A stretch of 37,729 bases of DNA from a virus. The position numbers and the translations under genes were made by a program. Of this stretch, positions 29,412 through 37,729 are shown in pieces; the stretch's first letter is position 1; each line of letters opens with the position of its first letter. The stretch lies in the IMG/VR virus record IMGVR_UViG_3300034007_000002, positions 1 to 37,729 of that record. One strand, given 5' to 3'. The notes under the pieces were generated by a model. It searched no databases. It saw only the letters and a program-made list of their open reading frames with translations, and was not told the origin of the DNA.

Positions 29412-30980
29412 ATGGGCCTGAATCCTTTAAACCTAGACCTTCCCCCGATGTCGGCCGTTGTGGCGGAGCGCAGACGCACAGCCGCCGCGGTTCAGTTAGA
29501 GCGGCGGATTGAGGAAGGTAAGCGCGAGATGGCACGCGTCCGCCAGATGGCGCGCGCCTACGGCGCCGCCCGCCAGTACGCCGCCGCCACGGTTGACCGC
29601 TTCTCGTCCGACTGGTCGGTGGCGTCTACGACCTACCAGACCGAGATTTACCGGCACCTCCGCTCCTTGCGCGCGCGCAGCCGGGATATGGCGCGGAACA
29701 ATCCCCACATGAAGCGGTTTCTGGGGATGGTGCGCCGTAACGTCGTCGGCCCCGCCGGCATCAAGCTACAGGTGCGCGCGAAGCGTGGGAACGAACTGGA
29801 CGAACTGCTCAACAACGAGGTGGAGGAAAAGTTCAAGGAGTGGGCTTTGCCGGAGAACTCCTCGGCCTCGGGTAAATACTCTTGGGTGGACTGTCAGGGA
29901 ATGGCGATACAGACGATGGCGCGTGACGGGGAGTTTCTGTGTCGCTTCATCGAAGATGATAACCCGTTCGGCTTCTCTCTTCAGTTCTACGATGCCGCCT
30001 ATCTGGACGAGACTTTTAACGAAGTCCTCAAGAACGGCAACCGCGTCGTGACGTCCGTCGAGGTGAATAGAAGGAACCGCCCCGTCGCCTACTACTTCAC
30101 CACGCCGAAGTATGACGTGGCGCCTTACGTCACCGAGAGCATGGAGCGGGTGAGAGTCCCGGCCGAGGAGGTCGTCCATTGCTTCCTGCCCTTCGAGGAC
30201 GACGGCCAGATCAGGGGCGTGCCGTGGGCGCACGCCGCCATGTGGAACCTGCGCAAGCTCGGCCAGTTCGAGGAGGCCGCGCTCATCAACGCCCACATCG
30301 CCGCGTGCAGCATGGGCTTTATGATTCCGCCCGCCAACGCCGAAGGTGCGGGCATACCCGAGGAAGAGGGGCGCGCGCCGATAGAGGCCGAGTACGTGCC
30401 GGGCGTTCTGCGAGAGCTACCGCCCGGCTACGACGTGAAGACGATTGACGCGGCGCACCCCAACAACGACTTCGACCCGTTCACCTCGACGGTGCTGCGC
30501 GGCGCCGCCTGCGGCCTCGACGTGTCTTACTTCGCCCTCGCGGGAGACTTAGAGGCGGTCAACTACTCGTCGGCGCGCGTCGGCCTGCTCGACGACCGCG
30601 ACACCTACCGCACCCTTCAAATCTTCCTCATTAACCACTTCTGCCGGCGCGTCTATCAGCGATTCCTCACGCGCGGAGTTCTGACGGGGGCGCTTAACAT
30701 CCTGCCCTCGGATATTGGGCGCGTAAAGATGCCGGACTTCCAGCCGAGGGGCTGGGATTGGGTAGACCCACTCAAGGACGTGGCGGCCAACGTCGAGGCC
30801 ATCAACAACGGCTTAGACACCCGCTCGCGCGTCATCGCGGAGCGCGGCGGCGACTTCGAGGAGGTCGTGCGCAGGCTCGCCGAAGAGCAGGAGTTTTTGC
30901 AGAAGCACGGCGTCGTGACGAAGAGCGGGGAGCTTGCCGTGCTCGCTTCTATCGCCGCCGCTACCGATGGCAAGGGGTAA
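29412..30980 (+). CDS. Portal protein, lambda family
   Basis: 522 aa in the expected position, with RSRDMARNNPHMKRFLGMVRRNVVGPAGIKLQ typical of Phage_portal_2. Confidence 0.9.
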   Translation: MGLNPLNLDLPPMSAVVAERRRTAAAVQLERRIEEGKREMARVRQMARAYGAARQYAAATVDRFSSDWSVASTTYQTEIYRHLRSLRARSRDMARNNPHMKRFLGMVRRNVVGPAGIKLQVRAKRGNELDELLNNEVEEKFKEWALPENSSASGKYSWVDCQGMAIQTMARDGEFLCRFIEDDNPFGFSLQFYDAAYLDETFNEVLKNGNRVVTSVEVNRRNRPVAYYFTTPKYDVAPYVTESMERVRVPAEEVVHCFLPFEDDGQIRGVPWAHAAMWNLRKLGQFEEAALINAHIAACSMGFMIPPANAEGAGIPEEEGRAPIEAEYVPGVLRELPPGYDVKTIDAAHPNNDFDPFTSTVLRGAACGLDVSYFALAGDLEAVNYSSARVGLLDDRDTYRTLQIFLINHFCRRVYQRFLTRGVLTGALNILPSDIGRVKMPDFQPRGWDWVDPLKDVAANVEAINNGLDTRSRVIAERGGDFEEVVRRLAEEQEFLQKHGVVTKSGELAVLASIAAATDGKG

Positions 30981-31013
30981 GTGAGTGCTGCGTACAAAAT
31001 AATTGTTTGAGGC

Positions 31014-31061
31014 CGTGCCATAGTGCCGTCCGGGGAGCCACCCCGACGAAGCTATGGCACG
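31014..31061 (+). promoter_or_regulatory. 10-bp hairpin that sequesters the start codon of the protease-capsid ORF
   Basis: CGTGCCATAG (31014-31023) is the exact reverse complement of CTATGGCACG (31052-31061). The latter contains ATG 31054. Confidence 0.5.
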
Positions 31062-32988
31062 CACCTCAGAAGACATTAAAAAGTTACTCGGCCAGCCGCT
31101 CAAGCACTCGTTCCCGTTGGACGACGGCGAGAGTCGCGCAGCCGCCGTCGGAGCTGCCGCGCTTGATGAAGAGACGCGCAGCGTCTCTCTCATCCTCACG
31201 ACCGACCGGCCTATCTTCCACGGCTTCGCCTACATCAAGCTCGACCACTCGCCCGAGTGCATCAAGCTCGACCGCCTGAGAACTGCCGCGCCCTTCCTCG
31301 AAAACCACGACCCCGACCGCCGCCTCGGCCGCCTGCGCGACCCGGAGACAGACGGGCAGGTCTTACGCGTGCGCGCCCGCTTCTCAAACCGCCCCCTCGC
31401 CAACGAAATTTTCGAGGAAGTCAAAGACGACCTCGCCGCCGGCGACTACACGCCGACCTCTTCCGTCTTCATCGTCCACAAGTTCGCGCCGAAGTCGGAG
31501 GGCGAGATTGACGGCTATCCGGTTTACCGCGCCGTCCTGTGGGAGCCGATAGAGGGGTCTGTCGTCTCTGCCGCCGCCGACATCGCGGCGGGCATCGGGC
31601 GCGCGATGGCCGACGAGGAGGACAGGGCGCACGACTCTGAGAGTTGCACTATTGAAGGTTGCCCCGAGTGTGCGGCCGCCGCCGCAGAAGATGGAGGGCG
31701 ACAAGCCCCGATAGAACCGGCGACCGCCGCAGCGCGCGCCGCGAGTATCACACCGAAGGAGAACGTCATGGAAGCGAGAGACGAGATTTTGAAGCTCGGC
31801 GAGATGCTCGGGCAGGTGGACTTGGCGCGGAACTACATCGCCAACGACAAGACGCTGGACGAGTTCAAGGAGGCCGCGCGCGCCGTCCTCAACAAAAACC
31901 AGCCCGTCGTCGAGCCGGGGCAGCAGCCCGTAGACCTGACGCCCGACGAGAAGAAACGCTACTCGATGGCGCGCGCCATTCTCTCGGCGCTCGACGGCGA
32001 GAAGTCTTTCGAGCGCGAGGTCTCGGACGAGATCAGCCAGAGGATAGGCAAGAGGCCGCGTAACGACCGCTCCATCTTCGTGCCGACGGGCGTCACGCTC
32101 TACGGCGGCCCCGAGTTCAAGCGCACGCCGCTGACTACGGCCGGCGCGTCCACGGGCGCGGACATCCTCTTCGTCGAGCCGGGTTCGTTTATCGAGATGC
32201 TGCGCGCCCGCGCGAAGGTCTTCCAGTTGGGCGCAACCCTGCTTCCGGGGCTGACGGGTAACGTCGCCTTCCCGAAGCAGACCGGCGCGGGCACGCTCTA
32301 CTGGCTCGGGGAGAACCCCGGCGCGGACGTTACCGAATCGAACATCAGCCTCGATCAAGTGGTGCTCGCGCCCAACACGGCGATGGCGCAGCAGGGCTAC
32401 TCGCGCCAGCTCCTCCGCCAGTCCGGCGGCGTCGTTGACCAGCTCGTCACCAACGACCTGCGCCGCACGGCCGCCCTCGGCATAGATCGCGCCGTCGTCC
32501 ACGGCGCGGGCGGCGACGAGCCGACCGGCATCTACATTGCCTCGGGCGTCAACCCCGTGCCGTCCGGCGGCGCTATCACCTACCCGAAGGTCGTCCAGAT
32601 GGAGACCGAGGTGGCGATGGACGACGCCGACATCGGGGAGATGGCCTACCTGACGACGCCTGGCGTGCGCGGCGCGGCGAAGACCACCCAGAAGTTCACC
32701 GGCACGAACGGCCAGCCTATCTGGGAAGGTAACGAGATGAACGGCTACCGCGCCGAGGCTTCGACGCAGGTGCGCTCCAACATGGGCGCGGGCACGAACG
32801 AGCACGGCATCGTCTTCGGCGTGTGGCCGCAGGTCATCGTCGGCGAGTGGGGCGCGATGGAAATCCTGACCGACCCCTACACGCTCGCCGGCCGCGGCCT
32901 CGTCCGCCTGGTGCTCTTCCTGATGGCCGACGTGGCGCTGCGCTACCCCGAGGCGTTCAGCAAGGGCACGGGTCTGACCGCTGCGTAA
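31054..32988 (+). CDS. In-frame fusion of an S78-type prohead protease and an HK97-fold major capsid protein (644 aa)
   Basis: The N-terminal 190 aa are protease-like (SLILTTDRPIFHGF...LENHD...LGRL...VFIVHKF...WEPIEGSVVSAAAD). The C-terminal 400 aa are HK97-capsid-like (FVEPGSFIEMLRARAKVFQLGATLLPGLTGNVAFPKQTG...ILTDPYT). No stop codon separates them. Confidence 0.85.
   Translation: MARTSEDIKKLLGQPLKHSFPLDDGESRAAAVGAAALDEETRSVSLILTTDRPIFHGFAYIKLDHSPECIKLDRLRTAAPFLENHDPDRRLGRLRDPETDGQVLRVRARFSNRPLANEIFEEVKDDLAAGDYTPTSSVFIVHKFAPKSEGEIDGYPVYRAVLWEPIEGSVVSAAADIAAGIGRAMADEEDRAHDSESCTIEGCPECAAAAAEDGGRQAPIEPATAAARAASITPKENVMEARDEILKLGEMLGQVDLARNYIANDKTLDEFKEAARAVLNKNQPVVEPGQQPVDLTPDEKKRYSMARAILSALDGEKSFEREVSDEISQRIGKRPRNDRSIFVPTGVTLYGGPEFKRTPLTTAGASTGADILFVEPGSFIEMLRARAKVFQLGATLLPGLTGNVAFPKQTGAGTLYWLGENPGADVTESNISLDQVVLAPNTAMAQQGYSRQLLRQSGGVVDQLVTNDLRRTAALGIDRAVVHGAGGDEPTGIYIASGVNPVPSGGAITYPKVVQMETEVAMDDADIGEMAYLTTPGVRGAAKTTQKFTGTNGQPIWEGNEMNGYRAEASTQVRSNMGAGTNEHGIVFGVWPQVIVGEWGAMEILTDPYTLAGRGLVRLVLFLMADVALRYPEAFSKGTGLTAA
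31768..32988 (+). CDS. Probable internally initiated major capsid protein (406 aa), nested in frame in 31054..32988
   Basis: AAGGAG (31756-31761) lies 6 nt upstream of in-frame ATG 31768. The product starts MEARDEILKLGEMLGQ, a typical capsid delta/scaffold-like N-terminus. Confidence 0.5.
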   Translation: MEARDEILKLGEMLGQVDLARNYIANDKTLDEFKEAARAVLNKNQPVVEPGQQPVDLTPDEKKRYSMARAILSALDGEKSFEREVSDEISQRIGKRPRNDRSIFVPTGVTLYGGPEFKRTPLTTAGASTGADILFVEPGSFIEMLRARAKVFQLGATLLPGLTGNVAFPKQTGAGTLYWLGENPGADVTESNISLDQVVLAPNTAMAQQGYSRQLLRQSGGVVDQLVTNDLRRTAALGIDRAVVHGAGGDEPTGIYIASGVNPVPSGGAITYPKVVQMETEVAMDDADIGEMAYLTTPGVRGAAKTTQKFTGTNGQPIWEGNEMNGYRAEASTQVRSNMGAGTNEHGIVFGVWPQVIVGEWGAMEILTDPYTLAGRGLVRLVLFLMADVALRYPEAFSKGTGLTAA

Positions 32989-32995
32989 GGCCGAG

Positions 32996-33325
32996 ATGGG
33001 ATTTCTCGAAACAAGAGTTGAAGAGTTGTTGAGCGCCGCGGGTGCGGCGCGAGGGGAGAGCGAGATGGCTTTGAGCACGAAAGATAACGACGACCCGAAG
33101 CGCCGGCTGGTCAAGGTTAGGTTCCTCCGCAACACCGCCGACGACGGCGTGGACTACGGCCCCGACTACCCCAAGAAGGTGGCGACCGTCCCCTTCAACC
33201 GCGCGCAGGGCTACATCACGACGGGGCGCGCCGAGGCGGCCGGCGATGACGACGAGTTGAAGGAGATCGAGGAGGCCGCGCGCGCAGCCGGCAATCTCCC
33301 CGACGACAAGAAGGCAAAGAAGTAA
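32996..33325 (+). CDS. Hypothetical head-associated protein (109 aa; alternative start 33065)
   Basis: Position follows the capsid gene. GGGGAGAG precedes ATG 33065. No recognisable family. Confidence 0.5.
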   Translation: MGFLETRVEELLSAAGAARGESEMALSTKDNDDPKRRLVKVRFLRNTADDGVDYGPDYPKKVATVPFNRAQGYITTGRAEAAGDDDELKEIEEAARAAGNLPDDKKAKK

Positions 33326-33328
33326 GCC

Positions 33329-33643
33329 GTGGGACTCGCCGACGACCTGACGCCTTTCTTCAACCTCGACGAGCACGCCGTCGAGGCGGCCATCCAGACG
33401 CCGCAGGGCGCGGCCCTGAGGACGATAAAGGTCATCCTCTCGCTTCCGGTCGGAGAGGTTCAGGTCGGGGCAGGTGAGGTCGCACACCTTCAGCCGTCTT
33501 TTCAATGCGCGACCTCAGACCTTCAGGGCGTCATCAAGAACTATCTCGCCGTCATCGGCGGTGCCACTTACAAGGTCGTCAGGCGCGAGAACGACGGGAC
33601 GGGACTCTCGACAGTGTGGCTGATGAAAGTAAATGCCGGGTAA
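33329..33643 (+). CDS. Head-tail joining / adaptor protein (104 aa)
   Basis: Assigned from position, size and the pattern ...FQCATSDL...IGGATYKVVRRENDGTGLSTVWL, which resembles head-tail joining families. Confidence 0.6.
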   Translation: MGLADDLTPFFNLDEHAVEAAIQTPQGAALRTIKVILSLPVGEVQVGAGEVAHLQPSFQCATSDLQGVIKNYLAVIGGATYKVVRRENDGTGLSTVWLMKVNAG

Positions 33644-34091
33644 GCGCCAGCAGATAGTTGACAAGGTTAAGGAGCGGTTCGCGGGCATCACGATTGCGAA
33701 CGGCTACCAGACCGACATCGGTTTGAAGCAGACCGAATGGAACCCCGGCCCGAAGGGCGCAGACCCCGAGGCCGACGAGCTGCCCGGCCACGACATCCGA
33801 GACGAGGTCGAGACGGCCGTCGTTAAGGATAAGAACTCGGGGACGTTTGACAGGGAGCTTGAAATCGTCGTCACCGCTGAACTGATAGAGCCGGGGGCGG
33901 GCGTGGCGCTCGGCAGGAAGGCTCTTGAAGACCTGATTAAAGCGGTGGCGGTTGACCCTACTTGGGGAGGCTTGGCACGCCGCACGTTGCCGGTTGACGA
34001 CGTTGTAGACGTGGACCCGCTCGGGCAGCAGATAAGCGCAGCCCAACTCAGGTTTAAGGTTGAATACAGCCGCCGCCCGTGGGAGGCATGA
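33633..34091 (+). CDS. Neck / tail-terminator-like protein (152 aa)
   Basis: Assigned from position and the N-terminal pattern IVDKVKERFAGITIANGYQTDIG. Confidence 0.55.
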   Translation: MPGKRQQIVDKVKERFAGITIANGYQTDIGLKQTEWNPGPKGADPEADELPGHDIRDEVETAVVKDKNSGTFDRELEIVVTAELIEPGAGVALGRKALEDLIKAVAVDPTWGGLARRTLPVDDVVDVDPLGQQISAAQLRFKVEYSRRPWEA

Positions 34092-34107
34092 AGTTTGAGG
34101 TGACGAG

Positions 34108-34905
34108 ATGATTCAGGACAGCCTTAACGCTAATTTCTTCTCGGGGCAGGGGCAGGTGCTCATCGCCAAGCGCAGCGCCGCGGGCATCGCCGGCGCGTTC
34201 TGGTTCGTCGGCAACGCCCCGAAGTTTGAGCTTAAGCCCACGATGGAACGGCGCGAGCACAGGGAGTCTCAATCCGGCTCGCGCCTCATCGACAAGGTAC
34301 AGACGACGACGAAGGGCGGCACGCTCGACCTCACGCTCGAAGACATCCGAAAGGATAACGTCGCGCTACTGCTCTCGGGCAAGAAAGTGACGCTGGCCTC
34401 GGGCAGTTACACGTCGGGCACCCCTGACACCTTCCCCTCGGGGTTGGTCGTCGGCTCGCTCGTCAAGCTGTCACGCCCGAACGCCACCTCAATCGTCGTG
34501 AAGGACTCGGCCGGCACGCCGGCCACGCTCACGGCCGGCACGCACTACGTCGTGCGCGACGCAAAGCACGGCATCATCGAGATTCTGAGCCTCGGCGCGT
34601 TCGTGCAGCCCTTCAAGGGTGAATACAGCTACGCGCAGACGGAAATCGTTACGACCTTCGAGGCGAACGATGACGACGAGTATTGGGTGTATTTTCTCGG
34701 CGTCAACACCGAGGGCGTCCCCGACCAGCAGATCGGCATGGACATCTACCGCGTCGTCTTCAACGCCGCCGAACTTATCGCGCTCATCAACGAAGAGCAG
34801 GGGACGTTCGACATCTCGGCGCGTGTGCTGCGCGACAACGTGCGCGCCTCGGACGCCAACTTCGGCGGCTTCGCCCGCTGGCTCTACATCGACGCCAACG
34901 CCTAA
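34108..34905 (+). CDS. Major tail (tube) protein
   Basis: 265 aa with a GAGGTGA SD, positioned immediately upstream of the chaperone and tape measure genes. Confidence 0.7.
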   Translation: MIQDSLNANFFSGQGQVLIAKRSAAGIAGAFWFVGNAPKFELKPTMERREHRESQSGSRLIDKVQTTTKGGTLDLTLEDIRKDNVALLLSGKKVTLASGSYTSGTPDTFPSGLVVGSLVKLSRPNATSIVVKDSAGTPATLTAGTHYVVRDAKHGIIEILSLGAFVQPFKGEYSYAQTEIVTTFEANDDDEYWVYFLGVNTEGVPDQQIGMDIYRVVFNAAELIALINEEQGTFDISARVLRDNVRASDANFGGFARWLYIDANA

Positions 34906-34918
34906 CAGGGAGTGAGTA

Positions 34919-35230
34919 ATGACGAAGAAAGCCAGTAAGAGGGCGGCGGGTGACGCCGCCGACGCGCCCGAGGCCGAAGCGCCACCCGCCCGCGTCGTCA
35001 AGTATGTGGTCAACCGACCGTACAGCGCGGGCGAGGCTCCCGACATCGTTGACGCGGAGGTCACGCACGAATACGAGGACGGGGAAGACCTGCTCCGCCT
35101 GCGCCTCGTTAACCCGCCGCGCGGCGTCGAGGACGACGTTAAGCGTGTGCGTCGCGACGACGCCCGCGCGCTGGGCACATGGTTTGACCCGGCCGCGCCC
35201 GCGGAGTCGGCCGAGGAGGTGACGGAGTAA
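34919..35230 (+). CDS. Hypothetical acidic protein (103 aa)
   Basis: GGGAG SD and tight packing with its neighbours. No recognisable family. Confidence 0.5.
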   Translation: MTKKASKRAAGDAADAPEAEAPPARVVKYVVNRPYSAGEAPDIVDAEVTHEYEDGEDLLRLRLVNPPRGVEDDVKRVRRDDARALGTWFDPAAPAESAEEVTE

Positions 35231-35766
35231 TGGCGACAGTCGTAGCACCGGACGCCGCTGACGAACTCGCGCAAGCTCTCGGGCAGGTGAGCGAGACCGT
35301 CACCGTCAAGGTGAGCGGAAAGCCCCGCGAGGTGACGGTGACGCCGCTCCGCCTCCGCCAGTTCGCCCGCGCCCTGAAGTGCGTTCAACGTCTCCGCGAC
35401 GCCGGCCTCGTCGAGACCGGCACACTCAAAGACATCGCCGAGGGCGACGACGCCGAAGAGGCAATCAAGCGCCTCGACTTCCTCAAGATGTTTCTTAACG
35501 GCGGGGAGGAAATCGTCAACGTCCTCACCATCGCCGTCGAGGGGAAGATGCGCGCCGAGCACGTTGACGCCCTCGACCTCGCCGACGGCGCGCGGCTCGC
35601 CTCGGCGGTCTTCGCGGTGAACCTGGATTTTTTTTACCTGAATCGGGAGACGATTCAGGCGGCGCTCGCGCCGGCGGTCAAGGCCGTCGAAAAGGTAGTG
35701 GACGAAGGCGTGGAAGCTCTTGGGCTGCCGCCATCGACAGACTCGCCGGAGCAGGATACCCCCTAG
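35230..35766 (+). CDS. Tail assembly chaperone (gpG analogue)
   Basis: TAATG coupling to the upstream gene. Its position directly upstream of the tape measure gene, and the open -1 frame overlapping its 3' end, support the call. Confidence 0.7.
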   Translation: MATVVAPDAADELAQALGQVSETVTVKVSGKPREVTVTPLRLRQFARALKCVQRLRDAGLVETGTLKDIAEGDDAEEAIKRLDFLKMFLNGGEEIVNVLTIAVEGKMRAEHVDALDLADGARLASAVFAVNLDFFYLNRETIQAALAPAVKAVEKVVDEGVEALGLPPSTDSPEQDTP

Positions 35767-35927
35767 CCGAAATTCAGGAGTTCACCCTCGCCCAGATACG
35801 GCTCTTCTCGGTGTCCGCGTCACGCCGCTACAGGGAAGACGCCGCATTTCTGCTGTACCTCGTCAGGGTCGGCGCGTGGGGCAAGCATGAAGACGTAGAG
35901 AAGTTCACGCGGGCGCTCACCTCCTGA
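35628..35927 (+). other. -1 frame extension of the chaperone (gpGT analogue) with candidate slippery sites
   Basis: The -1 frame is open from 35568 to TGA at 35925-35927. A T8 run (35628-35635) fits the T_TTT_TTT heptamer in the zero frame GAT TTT TTT TAC. A C5 run (35759-63) abuts the TAG. The extension ends ...EIQEFTLAQIRLFSVSASRRYREDAAFLLYLVRVGAWGKHEDVEKFTRALTS. Confidence 0.6.
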
Positions 35928-35964
35928 GCCGCCCGCGTTATCTTCAAAGGCTCTTTTCCTTCCA

Positions 35965-37729
35965 ATGGCACGCACCCAACAAGACATTCTCGTCAAGATT
36001 AAAGTCCTTCTCGAAGGACTCGGGAATGTGCGTGCGCTCGCCGGCCACGTTAAAGAGTTGAACGGCGGGAGCGGGCAGACGGCGGCGCTGGCCGGAAACA
36101 TTGACCGGCTCGCGGGAGCCGTCGATCGACTCGCCAACGCGTCGGGGAAGACCGCGAAGTCCAGCGGCGGCTTCGTGCGCTTCCTCGTCGGCGTCTCGGC
36201 GGTCGTCTCTACCCTCGCCACCATCCCCCAAGCCTTCCAGGGCATCAACAAGCTGCTCGACCTCGCCGAGCGTCTGGGGGGCGGTCTCGGCGGCCTCTTC
36301 GGGAAGCTCACAGGGCTATTCCAGCGCGCGGGGGCGGCAGCGTCGAGCGCCCTGTCGTCGGTCGGCTCTTCGCTCTCAGGACTCGTCAGCGGGGCGGGGG
36401 CGGGCGCTGGCGGGGCGCTGGCTGGCATAGGCGGGGCGCTGGCCGCCCTCGCCCCCTTCGCGCTCGCTGCGGCCGCCGCGCTCGTCGTCGTCGTCGGGGT
36501 GGTGGCGGCGGCGGCGGCCGGCTTCCTCTCGCTCGCCGCTTCGGTCGGGGTCGGTGCCGTCGCGCTTACCTTCATCGCGCAGCGCGGGCTTGAGGTTCAA
36601 CGCTCGCTTGAGCAGGTGCGGCTCGGCATCGCCGCAATCATCACCTCTCTGGCCGACGTGAAGGTGGACGGCCTGCCCGTCGAGGGCGCGGAGAAGTTCC
36701 GCGCCGCGATGGCCGTCTCCGCCGACCAGTTAAAGAAGCTCCAGGTGGACGCCGTCAACACGGTGGCGACCTTCGAGCAGATTGCCCCCGCGTTTCAGAC
36801 CGCCATCGGGCCGGGGCTGGCCGCCAAGCTCACGCTCGACGAAATACGGGGCATCACGGTCAAGGTCGTGCAGGCGGCCTCCGCCATCGGCCTGCCGCTC
36901 AATCAGGTCAGTCAGGAAGTCCGCGCCATCCTCGAAGGCACCATCAACGAGGACGCGCGCCTCGCCAAAGTGCTCGGCATCTCTAACGAGATGGTCAAGT
37001 CGTGGAAGGCGCAGGGGAAGCTCGCCGAAGAGTTGAACAAGCGCCTCGCGGGCTTCGCGGTCGCGGGCGTCGAGGCCGCCGAGACGATGGACGGCCTGAC
37101 CTCGAATCTTGAAGAGGCTTTGAACGTCTTCTCGGCCGAGGCGACGGGGCGAGCCTTCGACGCTCTCAAAGGCGAGTTCAAGCGGCTCCTCCCGCAGCTC
37201 TTCGACTTCAAGAGCGCAGGGATAGCCGCGCAGTTTAAGGGACTCACGACGCTGGCCGACGAGGTGCTGGTCAGGGTCGTGCGCATCGGGGGCGGGATAG
37301 CGCAGAGCATCGTCTCGGGTCTGCGGCAGGCTTCGGCGTTCGTCCAACAGAACCGCAGCCAGATCGACGCCGTGCTGAATCAGATAGAGCTAATGGTGCG
37401 CCTGCTGCTGCGCGCCGTGGGCGTCGTCGCGCAGATCGCCACCTCTTCCGCGACGTGGGGCAGCACGCTCTCGGCGGTGCAGACCATCCTCGGGTTAATT
37501 AACGTCATCCTCGCGCTCGTCCTCGACCAGTTCCGGCAGATGGCCCCTTACCTTCAGCTCGCCATCCTCGCCGCAAACCTGCTCATCGCTTCACAGCCCG
37601 CCCTCGCCGCCGCCGCGCGGGTCGGCGCCGGCGGGGCGAGCGGGCAGGAGCCGACCGGACTCAGTTCCGTGCGGCTCAACCCGGACGGGAGCCTCAAGGG
37701 TGGGATTAGCGTCGCGGGCGGTGCGCGAG
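35965..37729 (+). CDS. Tail tape measure protein, N-terminal portion (continues at 128..2022 through the overlap; about 1219 aa in total)
   Basis: ATG 35965 is the only start after the in-frame TAG at 35896. The frame stays open to the window end and matches the phase of 1..2022. It contains the hydrophobic segment ALAPFALAAAAALVVVVGVVAAAAAGFL and long helical repeats. Confidence 0.9.
   Translation, partial: MARTQQDILVKIKVLLEGLGNVRALAGHVKELNGGSGQTAALAGNIDRLAGAVDRLANASGKTAKSSGGFVRFLVGVSAVVSTLATIPQAFQGINKLLDLAERLGGGLGGLFGKLTGLFQRAGAAASSALSSVGSSLSGLVSGAGAGAGGALAGIGGALAALAPFALAAAAALVVVVGVVAAAAAGFLSLAASVGVGAVALTFIAQRGLEVQRSLEQVRLGIAAIITSLADVKVDGLPVEGAEKFRAAMAVSADQLKKLQVDAVNTVATFEQIAPAFQTAIGPGLAAKLTLDEIRGITVKVVQAASAIGLPLNQVSQEVRAILEGTINEDARLAKVLGISNEMVKSWKAQGKLAEELNKRLAGFAVAGVEAAETMDGLTSNLEEALNVFSAEATGRAFDALKGEFKRLLPQLFDFKSAGIAAQFKGLTTLADEVLVRVVRIGGGIAQSIVSGLRQASAFVQQNRSQIDAVLNQIELMVRLLLRAVGVVAQIATSSATWGSTLSAVQTILGLINVILALVLDQFRQMAPYLQLAILAANLLIASQPALAAAARVGAGGASGQEPTGLSSVRLNPDGSLKGGISVAGGAR
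37603..37729. repeat. Second copy of the 127-bp terminal overlap
   Basis: Identical to 1-127 by direct comparison. Confidence 0.95.

Noticed and set aside
31384-33135. Long antisense ORFs opposite the structural genes. These also include 6183..7514, 4482..5591, 34489..35562, 27200..28030, 16625..17482, 35820..36575 and 36730..37347.
   Set aside because: These are typical shadow ORFs of high-GC coding DNA. Their products are Arg/Gly/Ala/Pro-rich with no motifs, and each lies fully inside a sense-strand gene with a clear family identity.

Overview
The window is a complete, circularly closing phage genome. Bases 1-127 are identical to 37603-37729, giving a unique length of 37602 bp. It is a high-GC siphovirus-type phage, possibly maintained as a phage-plasmid.

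About two thirds of it is a + strand morphogenesis block:
- Lambda-like packaging and head genes: Nu1-like small terminase, GpA-family large terminase, a gpW-like protein, a lambda-family portal, and an S78-type prohead protease fused in frame to an HK97-fold capsid protein.
- Neck and tail genes, then a tail chaperone with a -1 frameshift extension.
- A tape measure gene of about 1219 aa that spans the contig junction.
- An RcGTA-like tail-tip module (DUF2460-like, DUF2163/BR0599-like, NlpC/P60, gpJ-like host-specificity protein) and a fibre ending in a LamG lectin domain.

The accessory third (about 8.6-25.3 kb) contains the unusual material:
1. Five stand-alone cassettes at two loci encode secreted proteins: three small Cys-rich peptides and two Ig/SprB-like proteins. 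Each has an exact TTGACA -35 box with a 17-bp spacer, a shared leader motif (CCTCAACCTCA) and its own terminator.
2. A back-to-back promoter region sits next to a low-GC island of small genes and two tandem HTH paralogs.
3. A 33-bp inverted repeat is followed by a promoter, a structured RNA and a terminator, upstream of a zinc-ribbon gene and a Prim-Pol gene.
4. A hicBA toxin-antitoxin pair is present.
5. Six copies of TCTGACGCG lie upstream of an ExeA-like AAA+ ATPase gene and an RHH-protein gene. The RHH gene carries about ten GGATAGCC (DnaA-box-like) iterons in its coding sequence.

I could not recognise any integrase, transposase, reverse transcriptase, tRNA, rRNA or CRISPR array. All family assignments come from motif recognition by eye, not from database searches.
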